The translations under genes and the position numbers were made by a program. DNA of 64,000 nucleotides from Phoronis australis (lineage: Eukaryota > Animalia > Phoronida): positions 412,744 through 476,743 of the forward strand of contig NMRA01000352.1 in NCBI GenBank assembly GCA_002633005.1, written 5' to 3'. How positions within the stretch are numbered: the stretch's first letter is position 1; each line of letters begins with the position of its first letter. The notes under the pieces are model-generated. The model saw nothing but the letters and a program-made list of their open reading frames with translations, was not told the DNA's origin and did not search any database. Positions 51,880 through 64,000 of this stretch are shown in pieces.

Positions 51880-52060
51880 GTTCTTACAAGATAGTTTCAA
51901 TGAGAGTGATGATCATGAAATTGCTGTTCTTTGGAAAATAAGAAGTCAGAAGAGAATGATACATGCATGGAGTAATGGTCAGATCGAGAGCTAACTGGGT
52001 TGAAAAAAGCGAAAAACCAACAAAATATTTTTGTGCAGAAAAGCGAAGAATGTGATTAAG
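51880..52060 (+). mobile_element. Tx1/L1-clade LINE ORF2 fragment
   Basis: HGVMVRSRANWVEKSEKPTKYFCAEKR matches the GxxxRSRxxWxExGEKxTKYF signature. Confidence 0.6.
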
Positions 52061-53688
52061 CTACTAACATAACGCTAAATCGTCGTGAGAGACCGTCCGG
52101 AGTTGGTATATGGTGCAACTCCGGACGGTCTGGGGTCAACAGAAAACCATAGTTCAACTGTGAGTCAACACCAATGTCATAAACGAGAGTAGTTCTACTT
52201 GCTACGTCAGCTGCAGGTATGCTTATCTCTTTTATGACACAAAATGTGTGATTGGGCAAAGCGTTTTCAAAATAATGTGGATAAATCGGTGGAGAGTGAG
52301 ACACCTGAGGTCCCTGTCAATTCCTCACGACAACTCTACGTTATGGCTCCAATAATGCTGTTATCAAGGAACAATCCGCGCCCCCCTCGGAGATCACTTC
52401 TCTTTTTATAAGAATTTATACTCCTGTAAAGACGGCGACCTGATTTGGCATACGTATCTTGCCCAATATTAGTGGAAGCAGAGGAAATTTTGTGTGTTGA
52501 ATTGGAAGAAATTCTAGTTCCCAGGAAGCAACTGGCAGTGGACCCCGATTACAAAAGCATTCCGTTAAATTTCTGACTACGCTGTTCTACTAGATGCGAA
52601 ATTTAAATTAATTCCAGTTTAATACAAGCGTCCTGTGCTGTTTTGCCAAGCATCACGACTTGCAGGTCAATTCTCTACCAGTGGTTACTAAAACCAGATC
52701 ACTAAATATTTTCATATGATTGGCCTTGAGCAAATCATGACTTGTACGTGGCCCAGGGCGGAAACTTCAGTCATTACGTGACTGTAAGGCCACCCAACCG
52801 CCACTCTGAGGATGACAGCATGCAGCCATTGGCGGTCAAAGGTGTTCAGTCATTTTATTGTTACATGGTTGTGCATCACAAATTTGCATTGACAGTTAAA
52901 ACCATTCATCTATCAACGGTCAGTTCTCAATGACTCAGTACCGAAACCTATAGCCGCGATGCATCTATTTCGGCTAATTTTGCCCATAATTCTTTGGATG
53001 AAAATCGACCATAACGTAACATTTAAAGAGAAATTCAATTTCAAAAGCCAAACAGTTTGAAAAATCTGCTGTTGTAGCACACGATTTATCAATTTATTTC
53101 ATTAAGTGTTACCAATGCGCCAATGGCTCTACTACTTAATAGGACCTTAAATGAAATATCCTGATGATACGAGACACCTCCTACGCAAACATTCAGGGTT
53201 TTCTTATTCCAAACTGTGACTTATCCGTCCTAATCGATTGAGAAAGTAACGAGCGTGGCTCAGTTGCGCTGCTGACGAAATCCTATTCGCTAATTACTCA
53301 TATTTTAATTGCACTGATTTTAAAAATTCGAAGTCAGCCAGTATCTACTTATCAATTTTAAAAACAATCATATTGCACTTGCGGAGAAAAATCTTCTCTT
53401 GTGGAACAAAACAGTAAATTCCACTTTATAATTTATGAATTATTCAACACTACAACGAGCCAGCCACACCGACGAGTCACTTGAGTGACCACCAAATAAA
53501 TTCGCTATGTTACGCTATATGTAGTAATTAGGGTCTCAGCTGAGCCTACTCGCGACGCAATCACCTTTCACTCGCGTGATTTTGCGTGATCTTCGTGATC
53601 TCGCTTTTCTCGCAAGAAGCGCCGCCTCTCCGAGTTACGTCCGTAGCCTTCAGATAGCAGCGGCAGACAGACGTTTTATGGGGACAAG

Positions 53689-56600
53689 ATGGCGACTCAT
53701 GGTCCGTATTCCGCTAAGGACTATGCTGAGACCTATCATCAACCCGAGTTAGACCAAGAATTTACAAAGGGTCGCCTTCAGGGAAAGGTAGCAATAGTGA
53801 CGGGCGGTAACTATGGAATTGGCCGAGCCATTGTGGAACGATTCAGGTAATCATTACTGACCGCATCTGAAGTAGGTCCCCGATCACTTTCCCCCCTTTT
53901 CACCTAGGGGGAAATAATTTCAACCTAGGCGAATTCATTGTCACCTAGATGTACAGTTATTTCCACACCGGTGAAAAAGGACTGAGAAATAAAAAGTAGG
54001 AATCAAACTATACATGTAGTGATGGTACTTTCAGGCCACCTTAGGTATCACAGATTTCATGTGCATACATGAATGTGGCAAGGCTTGTAATAAGACTTGT
54101 TCAATGTGACCCAAAATTTGCGTTATCTTTTTTCGTTATCGTTTTTTCAAAACGACCGAGCATATACCGCCACACTTGGAGGATACTTTGATAATAGGGA
54201 TAGTTAACTGGGATAGAGTGTGACGGCCGGGATGCCGTTCAGACAGTTCCAATTTTAACGGCAATGAGGCTACCTTTTTCTAATGATCCTGTAAAAGGGT
54301 TAACTTGATTAGTAACGATCAGTGGAATTAAATTACACAGAATAGTTACACTTTACATATTCTATTCAGATTTGTTGGGTTTGAAAATACTAAACATGAA
54401 GAATCACTTGCACATTTGTATCGTGCCAGTGGAATGCAGCCCCGCCTAAAGGACCAGCTGGTTGCCCCTAAATGAGATAAAATTTGCGAATACGGAAAAC
54501 CTGAGCCAGCCACCACCGCTTAACTGGTGTTTACCAGGTTGGACCGTGTGCCGATACATATTTGTTTATGAGTGACCTGGGTGAGGCCAGTCCGGACGGC
54601 GTGATGTTCAAAATACTGAACAATAACGTTGAATACTTTAAGATGGTCGTTAGTAAGTTTGAGCCTGATTCTCAGTTTCGAGATGACATCTATAGTTCAA
54701 GAGTAAAGATTGCGTTGCAAAATTCAAAGAGTTCTATAAAAAGCTGTATAGTAGACAGTACAACTCATTGTAACGAAACAAAATTTTCCTAATAGTTATC
54801 TGTTTTGAGAAATTTGATAATATGAAATTCCACTTCTCTGCCATATTGTGTCCTTGACGGCAGGAAATTCCAAATCTTTACAAACTCGTTGACAACGTAT
54901 TGCGCTCCAATAAAAACCCAGTAGCTGATTACTATAGTCACATTGTGGTGCTTTCCTACAAGTTTTTGCACTAAAAAGATATAGACGCTCGAAAAAACAT
55001 CGTGCTAAGTGGACGTTATTATGGAACTAAGTATGCTTTATTAATATATGGTTAAAACTTAGCTGACGGAGCTAGAAACCTGGCCCAAGGGTTTAGCAGT
55101 GTGACCTAGCTGGTGGGACTCGAACACACGACCTCGAGTAAAGAAAACAGGCACTTACATGTATCAACGAGGTCACACTGCCTCCTCTAATTAAGTTAAA
55201 ACACGTCCCAAAAACTATTTTAAAAATGCACACCATTCGTGTTAATGGAGAAACCAAAACCGATTCCCACTAACACTGACGAAGTAACCGAGGCATAAGT
55301 CGACATAAAGCTTTGAAATATGTAGGCGGACCGCGGTCTCGCTCAAGGTGACTCGCTTCCATATTTTCCTGTCAGCCTACCAAGTCTGTACATAAACTAT
55401 CTTTATATTTCAGCTCCGACGGCGCCATCGTCGCCATCTTTGCTAGAAACGAGGAAACGGGCAACGCCGTAGTGAAGGAGACCAACTCTAGAGGGGGCAA
55501 GGTGTCTTTCTATAAGGTGGACGTTGCTGACCGGAAAAGATGCCAGGAAGCGGTAAAAGATGTGGCTGATGCCAACAACGGACGTATTGACATCCTGGTG
55601 AACAACGCAGCCTATTTTGATTCTCTGGGAAGTAAGCCTTTCAATCTTTCACTTGTTTACCCTGAGCAATTATTTGATCACTGAATGTCCATCACAAGAA
55701 GAAACAACAACCGCGAGCGAATAAAATGTATGATTACTCCGCCATTCCTACCGAGACTGTGTCAAAAACGGTGATGATTTATGTTGGATAATTGTATATC
55801 TTAACTGCCGCATGTTTGTTATAAACTTCAATACTAGTGTTCACCTTGATTTGCGGAATGAATAAATATATTTTCAAGCAATTTCCAGTTATTTTGAAGT
55901 GAAAGGGCATTTAAAAAGGCGTTGAACAGTTTGAGCGCCATTTTTAGCGTCAAAATTGATACATGTGACAAGGTTCGATCACGTCATGGTCTTTACTTCT
56001 CTAAAGAGCGCGTTTTGTACAATTGTGAAGCTTGCTATAGCTTGCACGTAATTTTAAATGGTACGCAAAACAGAAAAATCTATTAAGAATAACAGATTTT
56101 TCAAATTAAAATGTGTGGCTTGTCTCATTGGTTTTTGCTGTATTAACATCCATGTTGTGGTTTTACTTTCAGGAAATTTTGTGCACTTGCCCGTCGGTCT
56201 ATTGGAGGAAACACTGTCGGTAAATGTTGTGGCTTGTGCCGCGCTCGCGCAGGAGTGTATCCCATACTTAAAGAAAGGTGAAACTAGATGTTGACCATGC
56301 GAAGCAAATGAAATTCACAACTGTTGTTATAGTGACATCCCACACAATTCACTTGCTCTAATTTTAGACAAGTTTTCTTCGACTAAGCAGAAACTGTTTC
56401 TTTTGAATTCGATGTCTCTTGTGTCACAATCCGTCGTTCTCGGTTCACTGAAGAGGATAGGTGTACACGTAGCATAGGGAATAACCATGGATGTTCAAAC
56501 GCAAACTGCGTGGCCTGGCGTGCGTTCAGTAACGCTAGGACCTACGCTAGGATCTAGCTAAAATCTAGCCAAATTCACGTGTTCTCATTAAAAATACACG

Positions 56601-57730
56601 GCAATATCTCATATAATCTCTTGAAGTCTTGCTTTTTAGCGAGGTCCCAGAGTTACTAAACGGTAGGCTGCACTTTGCACTTTAATTGCAGGCGCCAAGG
56701 CAACCGATGCCCTTCGTCCCCACTGGATGCACGGTAGTCTACGCGCTGTTTTTGCTTCCATAACCATTCTCTGGACGACTTAATCGAAGTTATTAACGTC
56801 CCTTAGAACCATTTTGTTAATAGGTTTCAGCTGACCTGCGTGTGAATTTTATGTTTTCTTGTTACTAAATCATTTATTATTTATCCATTACCATTACTAA
56901 CTTAACCATGCCATGGAGGCAAATTCGACACCGACCTTGGTCTGAAATCAGCTTCTTTGTAATAAAAATGGACTTACAGGTGGGCTAGAGAGTTCCATCG
57001 TGAACATTACAAGCATTTCGGCTATGAATGTTCAGCCGAACCAATCGGCGTACAACGCGTCTAAAGCTGGGTTACTGATGATGAGTAAATGCATGGCGTT
57101 GGATTTATCGTCGTCAGGTGTAAGAGTGAACTGCGTAAGTCCCGGAGCAACTTGGACTGGAATTGTAAGTACAGCGTTAAATCACTTGCTGGGAAGAGAA
57201 TCTAAAAGTAAATAGTATTTACTTTCTGTAGCAAAACAGATGACTTAGAATTTCACTCCCGGCTCCAATGGAATTACTCAAGTGGGACTGCACCTAGGAA
57301 GTAGGGGCCCAAGTCCTGCATAACATTCGCTCCTGCAAGACTTCCATCTGCCCGCTGACTACGGTGCAATGCAAATCAGCTGTGGCAACACTAGTTCCCT
57401 TTCGTTCTTCGTTCAGAGCATTTTCAACATTGTTCGTGCAAGCTAATAATACAAACAACTACATGCTAAACATTAAGCTTTGTCCCTTTTCAGACACGAG
57501 AACGGGGTAAAACAGAAGAAGAATTTGGAAAAGCCAGAGCGCACACCCAAATGGGCAACAAGGTCATACCAAGCTCCGGAATAGCAGCTGCTGTCGCTTT
57601 TGTTTGTAGCAAAGATGCCATGTACATAAATGCTGCTAACATTAATGTGGATTTGGGGTACGACGCGATGGGTCCAGAAGGGAATGGCATGGTAAAAAAA
57701 TGGAACTGTGTTTTGATGCCCGGCAGTTAA
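53689..57730 (+). CDS. Classical short-chain dehydrogenase/reductase (SDR), about 300 aa, 5 exons
   Basis: Join 53689-53846, 55414-55631, 56173-56277, 56980-57164, 57494-57730 (903 nt). Motifs: GKVAIVTGGNYGIG (TGxxxGxG), IDILVNNAA, IVNITSIS, YNASK (YxxxK), VRVNCVSPG, NVDLGYDAMGPE. AATAAA near 57906. Confidence 0.9.
55000..55187 (-). mobile_element. tRNA-derived SINE
   Basis: Reverse strand GAGGCAGTGTGACC..GTTCGAGTCCCAC..CACACTGCTAAACCC..TTAATAAAGCATAC matches the other two copies. Confidence 0.6.
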
Positions 57731-58019
57731 AAGCAGCTTTGTATTTGCTTCCATAGAATATCGACTAGAGACATCTGCTTAGATATCGGGAAACCAATTA
57801 AGAATCGGTTTGCTGATGCGAAAAGTTCAGACTCGACTTGGACTTGAGTCAGTATTTAATGAAGTTGTAGTAATTAGAGTTGGTGTGTGACAAAAGGAAT
57901 GATCAAATAAAACTGCTATGTAAGCAACTTCACCTTGGCTTTGAAACCATGATCACTATCAGTGCTGGAATTACCTCAAATCGACCGGCCGTTATTGTCG
58001 CGACGGTCTTTATGTAATA

Positions 58020-59390
58020 CCAAAGGTTTGATTGATTTAACCAATTTTTCAATCGACACGAAACGCGGGCCGCCGATGAGGAGGGCGCACCTTTGTGGTC
58101 ACGTTAAATACTGATAGAAGTCTATGGGTCGGACTCCCTGCAAACCTCTAGCATACCCTTCAACAGGAAATATTTATGGTGACCATATCTTAAACCTGAT
58201 TTCTGCTTCTAGATCTGAATTATTAGTTTTCTTTTTTTCCGTGAGCTTCTTTTGTCGACTCCTCCCAGGCTTCCGTGGGCTCCACCATGATGAGTTTCTT
58301 CCGTCTCTGTGACCACAGTAGAGTATCACGGAACAGGTTGGCTGTTATTACGTCTAGAATCACCGTTGGTCTTCTGATGTCCCCTCTCATCTTCCATGAC
58401 CCATCTACGTCCAGCAAATACAGACCTCTAGACTTCCAGTGAGAACCACTGTCCAGAATTGTCTCGTCATGTTGATTCCTTTAGTTACCTGGGTTTCCAC
58501 AGTCGATGCAGTCTTCCTCCTGGTGCCAATGGTGTCGGTTAAGTCAATCAAAACATTGTCGTGCCACCACCGATATCTTCCCTGCGTGAGTGCTGTCTCA
58601 CATGATGAAAGTACACGGCTAAGAGTTGCCGTCTTCTCAAACAACGAACATTTGGCGTTTTCTGTCAAGCCCCATATGTGAATGTTGGAGGGAAACGAGT
58701 GCGCTGATCGTGATTGGACCGGAATCCGGAAGGGAACCATTTGCCAAAGTTCCGTCCATGATAGCTTCGGGCCGTGACTGCCCTATGTACAGGTCTTAGT
58801 TTCCTCTTCACTTCTGATGTCCTCTTGCACCATTTGCCGTATGGATGAAATACTCACGCAACACCAGCTCTGGTATCTTGATATTCCCAGCTCTTGCCTT
58901 CAAGCCTACTCTGCACGTACAAAACTGCAGCATTAGCCGACCACTTCCTCCCTGTTCGTTTTTTAACTCCTGGATATCGGATGTTAACATATTTGGTGTC
59001 CCTTAGTGTCATCACCAATCGGTCTTTAGCAACCTTGTACTATTCCACGAGTCACGTAAAGGTAAACTGGATCTTTACGTTTCTGCTGTACAGGCCGGTA
59101 CTAGTGAAGCATGGTGACTTTATTTTCCCTGCCAAAGAAGGGTTCACGTAGAAATGCAGTGTCAGCTGGACTTTAAAATTTGAATAAAATTGCTTTTGAA
59201 AATCGATGCAAAAAGTTTTCTGGCTCTTCTTCGAAATGCCTGTATTTACGTACAAAATATGCGTTAAGATGCACTGCCGCAAAAATGAACTCCTCTTGAA
59301 GGAAATGTCTGGGCTAGGTCCCCACAGGGCAAACTTAGCATTGGTAGTTGACGAATGGAAGGGGCACGTGTCACGTACGCTCAATTAAGT
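58020..59390 (-). mobile_element. RLE-type (HERO/NeSL-like) non-LTR retrotransposon remnant
   Basis: Decayed TGRKWSA, zinc knuckle CSL....TLSRVLSSCETALTQGRYRWWHDNVL, endonuclease-like RDTLLWS...KLIMVEPTEAWEE and FPVEG.ARG; frameshifts and stops. Confidence 0.75.
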
Positions 59391-59705
59391 TGAACTAATG
59401 TTTTTCATAGTTTTTGAGATTTAAGTTAGCTAATATGAAATATATACCATGAAATCTAATTAAGTAAACACTTCGGTGCTGAAGAGTCGTGATTTTTTTA
59501 ATTTTAAAGAAAAATTAATTATTACCGAGTTTCCTGCCAAATGATGTAATGTGTGGAAGACGTTTGGTAACTTTACATTCAATTGCAATGGCGGAGCAAA
59601 GCAGTTCAGAAGACGAGGACGATTTTGAACGACAATTAGTATGCACACACAGAAGAGAGTGGAAACGGGAATTACACTCATGTACTTGAAGAATCGTACA
59701 ATAAA

Positions 59706-60416
59706 TTAGGGTTAGGGTTAAGGTTAGGGGGTTAGGGTTAGGGTTAGGGCTTAGGGTTAAGACTACGGGGCTAGGGTTAGGTTTAGGAACAGCTCCAGGG
59801 CCCGGGACCGTGTCTGGGTCCGGGTCGGGTCGGAGTTAGGAATGTTAGGGTTAGGGTTAGGGTTAGGCTTAGGAATAATGTTAGGGTTAGGGTTAGGGAT
59901 AGGGTTCGGGTTAGGGTTAGGGTTAGAGTTAGGGTAAGGGTTAGGGTTAAGTTCAGGTTTAGGGTTATTGTTAGGGTTAGGGTTAAGGTTAATGTTAGGG
60001 TTAGGGTTAGGGTTTGGGTTAGTGCTACGGTTAGGCTTACAGTTAGGGTTAAGGTTAGGGTTGTTGGGGTTATGTTTAGGGTTAGGGTTAGGTTAAGGGT
60101 TAGGGTTAGGGTTAGGTTTAGGGTTAGGTTAGGTTTAGGGTTAAGGTTAGGGTTAGGTTTAGGGTTAGGGTTAGGGTAAAGGTTATGCTTAGGGCTAGGG
60201 TTAGAGTTAGGGTAAGGGTTAGGGTTAAGGTTTGGTTTAGGGATATTGCTAGGGTTAGGGTTAAGGTTAGGTTGTTAGGGTTATGGTTAGGGTTAGGCTG
60301 AGGGTTAGGGTTAGGTTTAGGCTAGGTTTAGGGTTAAGGTAAGGGTTAGTTTTAGGGTTAGGGTTAGGGTTAGGGTTAAGGTTATGAGTAGGGTTAGGGT
60401 TAGAGTTGGGGTAAGG
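59706..60416 (+). repeat. Degenerate telomeric (TTAGGG)n array
   Basis: Roughly 100 TTAGGG and variant hexamers. Confidence 0.92.
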
Positions 60417-61245
60417 TCTTTTTATGTTTATTACGAATTCTTCGATACAATGAATATACATAACCCAGAAAGCGCCAAGAGGCATTTTATCTGGGTTAAA
60501 AAAGTACAAAGAAATCTGTATACAGTTATTTTACACAAATACATAGATTAAAAAAACTGTTGTTAAGATTACAATGACATATGATTACGAAAGTAAATAA
60601 ATCATTTTCATACACATGTATACAGTTCTATCCACTCACCCAAAGAGATTTCATATTATAAAGAAATTTTGATGCTATTTCGAATGAAACCCTATTTTCA
60701 TTTGGGTTGAGATCTTGACTTCCATATAAAAAAATTGTTGTACACTTGCGGAATTTCAGAATACTTTTTATAAATATTGGGGTGTTGTTCGAGTGTTGGG
60801 AAAAGGTGTACCCTCTGCTCCTTGCATACCTCACAAGCAAAGAAAACATGAGCATTTGTCTGTGCGTCTCCACAGCAATACAGAGGCGAAATATTATTAA
60901 AATTATGTCTAAATTTCTCGTTGTTTAGGAATAGATATCTTGATCTGTAAAGGATTATTTCGTGGTTGCGAGGAAGTTGGAACGTTGTCAATGGCACTGG
61001 CAACTCTTGAGTAGTAGTATGCATCTTAAACTTATTTTTAGAGTGACGATTGAAGTGCTTTCTTTTATTTTTGATGGTAAGGAATTCCAGTTGTCAATAC
61101 AAGTTCATATGGTAGATTTCCTGAAGGCTTGGCTGAGGGAAGATGGAATAGTGTGCATATTACTTTGCCGCAGTCCTGGACTCGTGTTAGGTCTTTTGTA
61201 GGAGTCAAAGAGGATTTTGTTTGAGTAATTGTTTATGTTGGTTAA

Positions 61246-62518
61246 AGGCGAAGGCAACCTTTTTCCATGTCATTTTGAGCTAAAATAAGGTTGGTTGGTT
61301 ATTCTAGACATATTTTCCACTTAATTACAGCTTTTCGTAATTTTATTAATTACTCATCTGCTACTGCGGAAGTGACGTTTTAGGAGGCAAGCATTTCGCG
61401 CCAATTTCTTTTCATATAGTCTGACNNNNNNNNNNNNNNNNNNNNNNNNNNNNNNNNNNNNNNNNNNNNNNNNNNNNNNNNNNNNNNNNNNNNNNNNNNN
61501 NNNNNNNNNNNNNNNNNNNNNNNNNNNNNNNNNNNNNNNNNNNNNNNNNNNNNNNNNNNNNNNNNNNNNNNNNNNNNNNNNNNNNNNNNNNNNNNNNNNN
61601 NNNNNNNNNNNNNNNNNNNNNNNNNNNNNNNNNNNNNNNNNNNNNNNNNNNNNNNNNNNNNNNNNNNNNNNNNNNNNNNNNNNNNNNNNNNNNNNNNNNN
61701 NNNNNNNNNNNNNNNNNNNNNNNNNNNNNNNNNNNNNNNNNNNNNNNNNNNNNNNNNNNNNNNNNNNNNNNNNNNNNNNNNNNNNNNNNNNNNNNNNNNN
61801 NNNNNNNNNNNNNNNNNNNNNNNNNNNNNNNNNNNNNNNNNNNNNNNNNNNNNNNNNNNNNNNNNNNNNNNNNNNNNNNNNNNNNNNNNNNNNNNNNNNN
61901 NNNNNNNNNNNNNNNNNNNNNNNNNNNNNNNNNNNNNNNNNNNNNNNNNNNNNNNNNNNNNNNNNNNNNNNNNNNNNNNNNNNNNNNNNNNNNNNNNNNN
62001 NNNNNNNNNNNNNNNNNNNNNNNNNNNNNNNNNNNNNNNNNNNNNNNNNNNNNNNNNNNNNNNNNNNNNNNNNNNNNNNNNNNNNNNNNNNNNNNNNNNN
62101 NNNNNNNNNNNNNNNNNNNNNNNCTGCGTTCTTCACACGAACGAGCCAAGTACGGCGAAGTGTGTCATCCATCGGAAAGCGATGCAAAGGTACTCCCAAA
62201 GCGCGCGTGAACCGATAACTAGTACATTCCGGTACGCAGCAACAGTGTGGCATGTTGACTGACTAGTAAATGAAAGCAAACGACGGCGGAACTTAACACA
62301 ACCGAGGTAGAACAATGACTGACTCGGCAGCTCTCACCGTCAGACTATATGAAAAGAAATTGGCGCGAAATGCTTGCCTCCTAAAACGTCACTTCCGCAG
62401 TAGCGGACGAGTAATTAATAAAATTACGAAAAGCTGTAATTAAGTGGAAAATATGTCTAGGATAACCAACCAACCTTATTTTAGCTCAAAATGACATGGA
62501 AAAAGGTTGCCATCGCCT
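61246..62518 (-). mobile_element. Kolobok-like element with THAP domain, nested in the LINE (assembly gap inside)
   Basis: TTAA TSD (61242-61245, 62519-62522); AGG termini; near-identical TIRs of at least 180 bp; THAP start MPHCCCVPECTSYRF...LHRFPMDDTLRRTWL at 62253. Confidence 0.78.
61426..62123. other. Assembly gap (N run)
   Basis: About 700 N. Confidence 1.
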
Positions 62519-63700
62519 TTAAGACTTTGAATGTATACATGGACAAGTAGAGTTTAAGACTGGTTGCTAGTTTGCTCCAGTTGAGACTGTTTAGAACCTT
62601 GATTGTGTTGGATCCTTTGTATGCCCCTGGTATGACTAAAGCTACTTGGTATTGTAGTCTTTCTCATTGAGGGAGTATGCCAGCGTTTGCCGATTGGTAG
62701 ATTATGTCACAGTAATCTAGATGTGGAAGAACAAAAGACTGAACAAAGTTTCAAGATGCATGGAGTTGAGATGACGAGAGGCAATTCTAATTGGATTGAT
62801 TAATTTTGTACTTTGTGAACGAGTTCACGACAGTGAGGAGTAAATGTAAGCTTGTGGTCTAGTAGCAATCCAAGGTGTTTATGTGTGAACTTATTGGGAA
62901 TAACTTCCCCATTGAGTGATAATTCCAGGATTGGATTTGTTTGATTAGACTTAGAAAATATAACATCAACGCTTTTTTCATGTTTAAATTTCATCTTCCA
63001 TTTGTAAAACCATCATAGAGTTTGTTTAGGTCAGTTTGCAATTGTAAGGAGTCATGGAGATTCTCTTTTGAGAATGGATAGAAAATTGCAGTGTCATCAG
63101 CATATAAGAATGTTTTAGAGTTTATTGTGTCTGGAAGATCATTGATGTACAATAAAAAGAGTAAGGGGCCTAGTACGCTACCTTGTGGTACATGTACTCC
63201 AGCATTTACGAAACCTGGCGTTTATGAAGTGGTAAGACACCCTCTATTCGGACTTTGTAAGTTCGACATTCCAGATATGATTTTGAAAGTGAGAAGAGAG
63301 TTCCGGAAAAACCGTAAGATTGTAATTTATGTAGAAGCAGATCATGGGGAACGACATCAAAAGCTGACGCAATCTGATGTCTAAGAATACGGAACTCACT
63401 TTGTATCCTTGCTCAAACTGGAGGTGGATTTCTTGTACAATTTCTCTAAGCTGGGACACAGTGCTCTTACCAGGTATGAATCCGAATTGGAGACGATATG
63501 TGAGGTTTTGTGAAGAGAGGCGGTCAAACATGTGTTGAGAAATTATTTTTTCTAAAATTTTGGATAGAGTGTTAAGTAGGGTTATGGGGCGATAGTTGGC
63601 AATGTCTGTTTTGGAGTTCTTTTTGTTTATTTGTATCATAACACCAAGTTTCCAGTTCATATGAAACTTCCCAGATTGTAGTATTTTGTTACACAATGTT

Positions 63701-64000
63701 GTAAGGGTTAGGGTTAAGGCTAGGTTTAGGGATATTGCTAGGGTTAGGGTTATTGTTAGGGTTAGGGTTGAGGTTAGGGTTAGAGTTAGTGTTAGGGTTG
63801 AGGTTAGGGTTAGGGTTGTTAGGGTTATAGTTAGGTTTAGGGATATTGTTTGGGTTAGGGTTAGTGTTATTGTTGGTTAAGGTTAGGATGAGGGTTATGG
63901 TTGTTAAGGTTAGGATTAGTGTTAATGTTAGAGTTAGGGTTGTTAGGATTATGTTTAGGGTTAGAGTCAGGGTTAGGGTAGTTAGGGTTATGGTTAGGTT
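63701..64000 (+). repeat. Degenerate telomeric (TTAGGG)n array, continuing past the window edge
   Basis: TTAGGG variants resume directly after the LINE. Confidence 0.9.

Larger units (their letters stand above)
60419..63700 (-). mobile_element. 5'-truncated, decayed CR1/L2-group LINE (RT plus C-terminal CCHC)
   Basis: [90 protein letters not shown]; 3' AATAAACATAAAAA tail at 60419-60432. Confidence 0.85.

Noticed and set aside
60267-60509. PN/LT-repeat ORF, and the VR-repeat ORF 63686..63880
   Set aside because: Translations of telomeric repeats.
61354-62253. 299-aa and 245-aa ORFs
   Set aside because: Their length comes from the N gap; only the 43-aa THAP N-terminus is real sequence.

Overview
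Eukaryotic, intron-rich animal genomic DNA, probably from a marine invertebrate (species not determinable from sequence alone). I reconstructed three spliced protein-coding genes by hand with GT-AG boundaries and consistent intron phases. (1) A TYSND1 peroxisomal leader-peptide protease on the minus strand: 7 coding exons from 13938 down to 1656, last exon not found in the window. (2) A complete BICRA/GLTSCR1 ncBAF subunit on the minus strand: 9 coding exons, 48491-26621, about 1201 aa. (3) A classical short-chain dehydrogenase on the plus strand: 5 exons, 53689-57730, about 300 aa. Introns and intergenic DNA are crowded with transposon relics: hAT-, Mutator- and Harbinger-like MITEs, two Kolobok elements (THAP and KolX/P2X7-ballast-like remnants), a Penelope GIY-YIG remnant with a hammerhead-like core, HERO-like and Tx1-like LINE fragments, and tRNA-SINEs. 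The right end is a degenerate (TTAGGG)n array split by a CR1/L2-like LINE, which itself carries a Kolobok insertion. The most striking unexplained signal is a pearl/HINE-like (Helentron-associated) repeat family. Its internal ~145-bp tandem units are each centred on a CTCF-consensus-like motif, giving co-oriented arrays of about 35 candidate positions, some degenerate.
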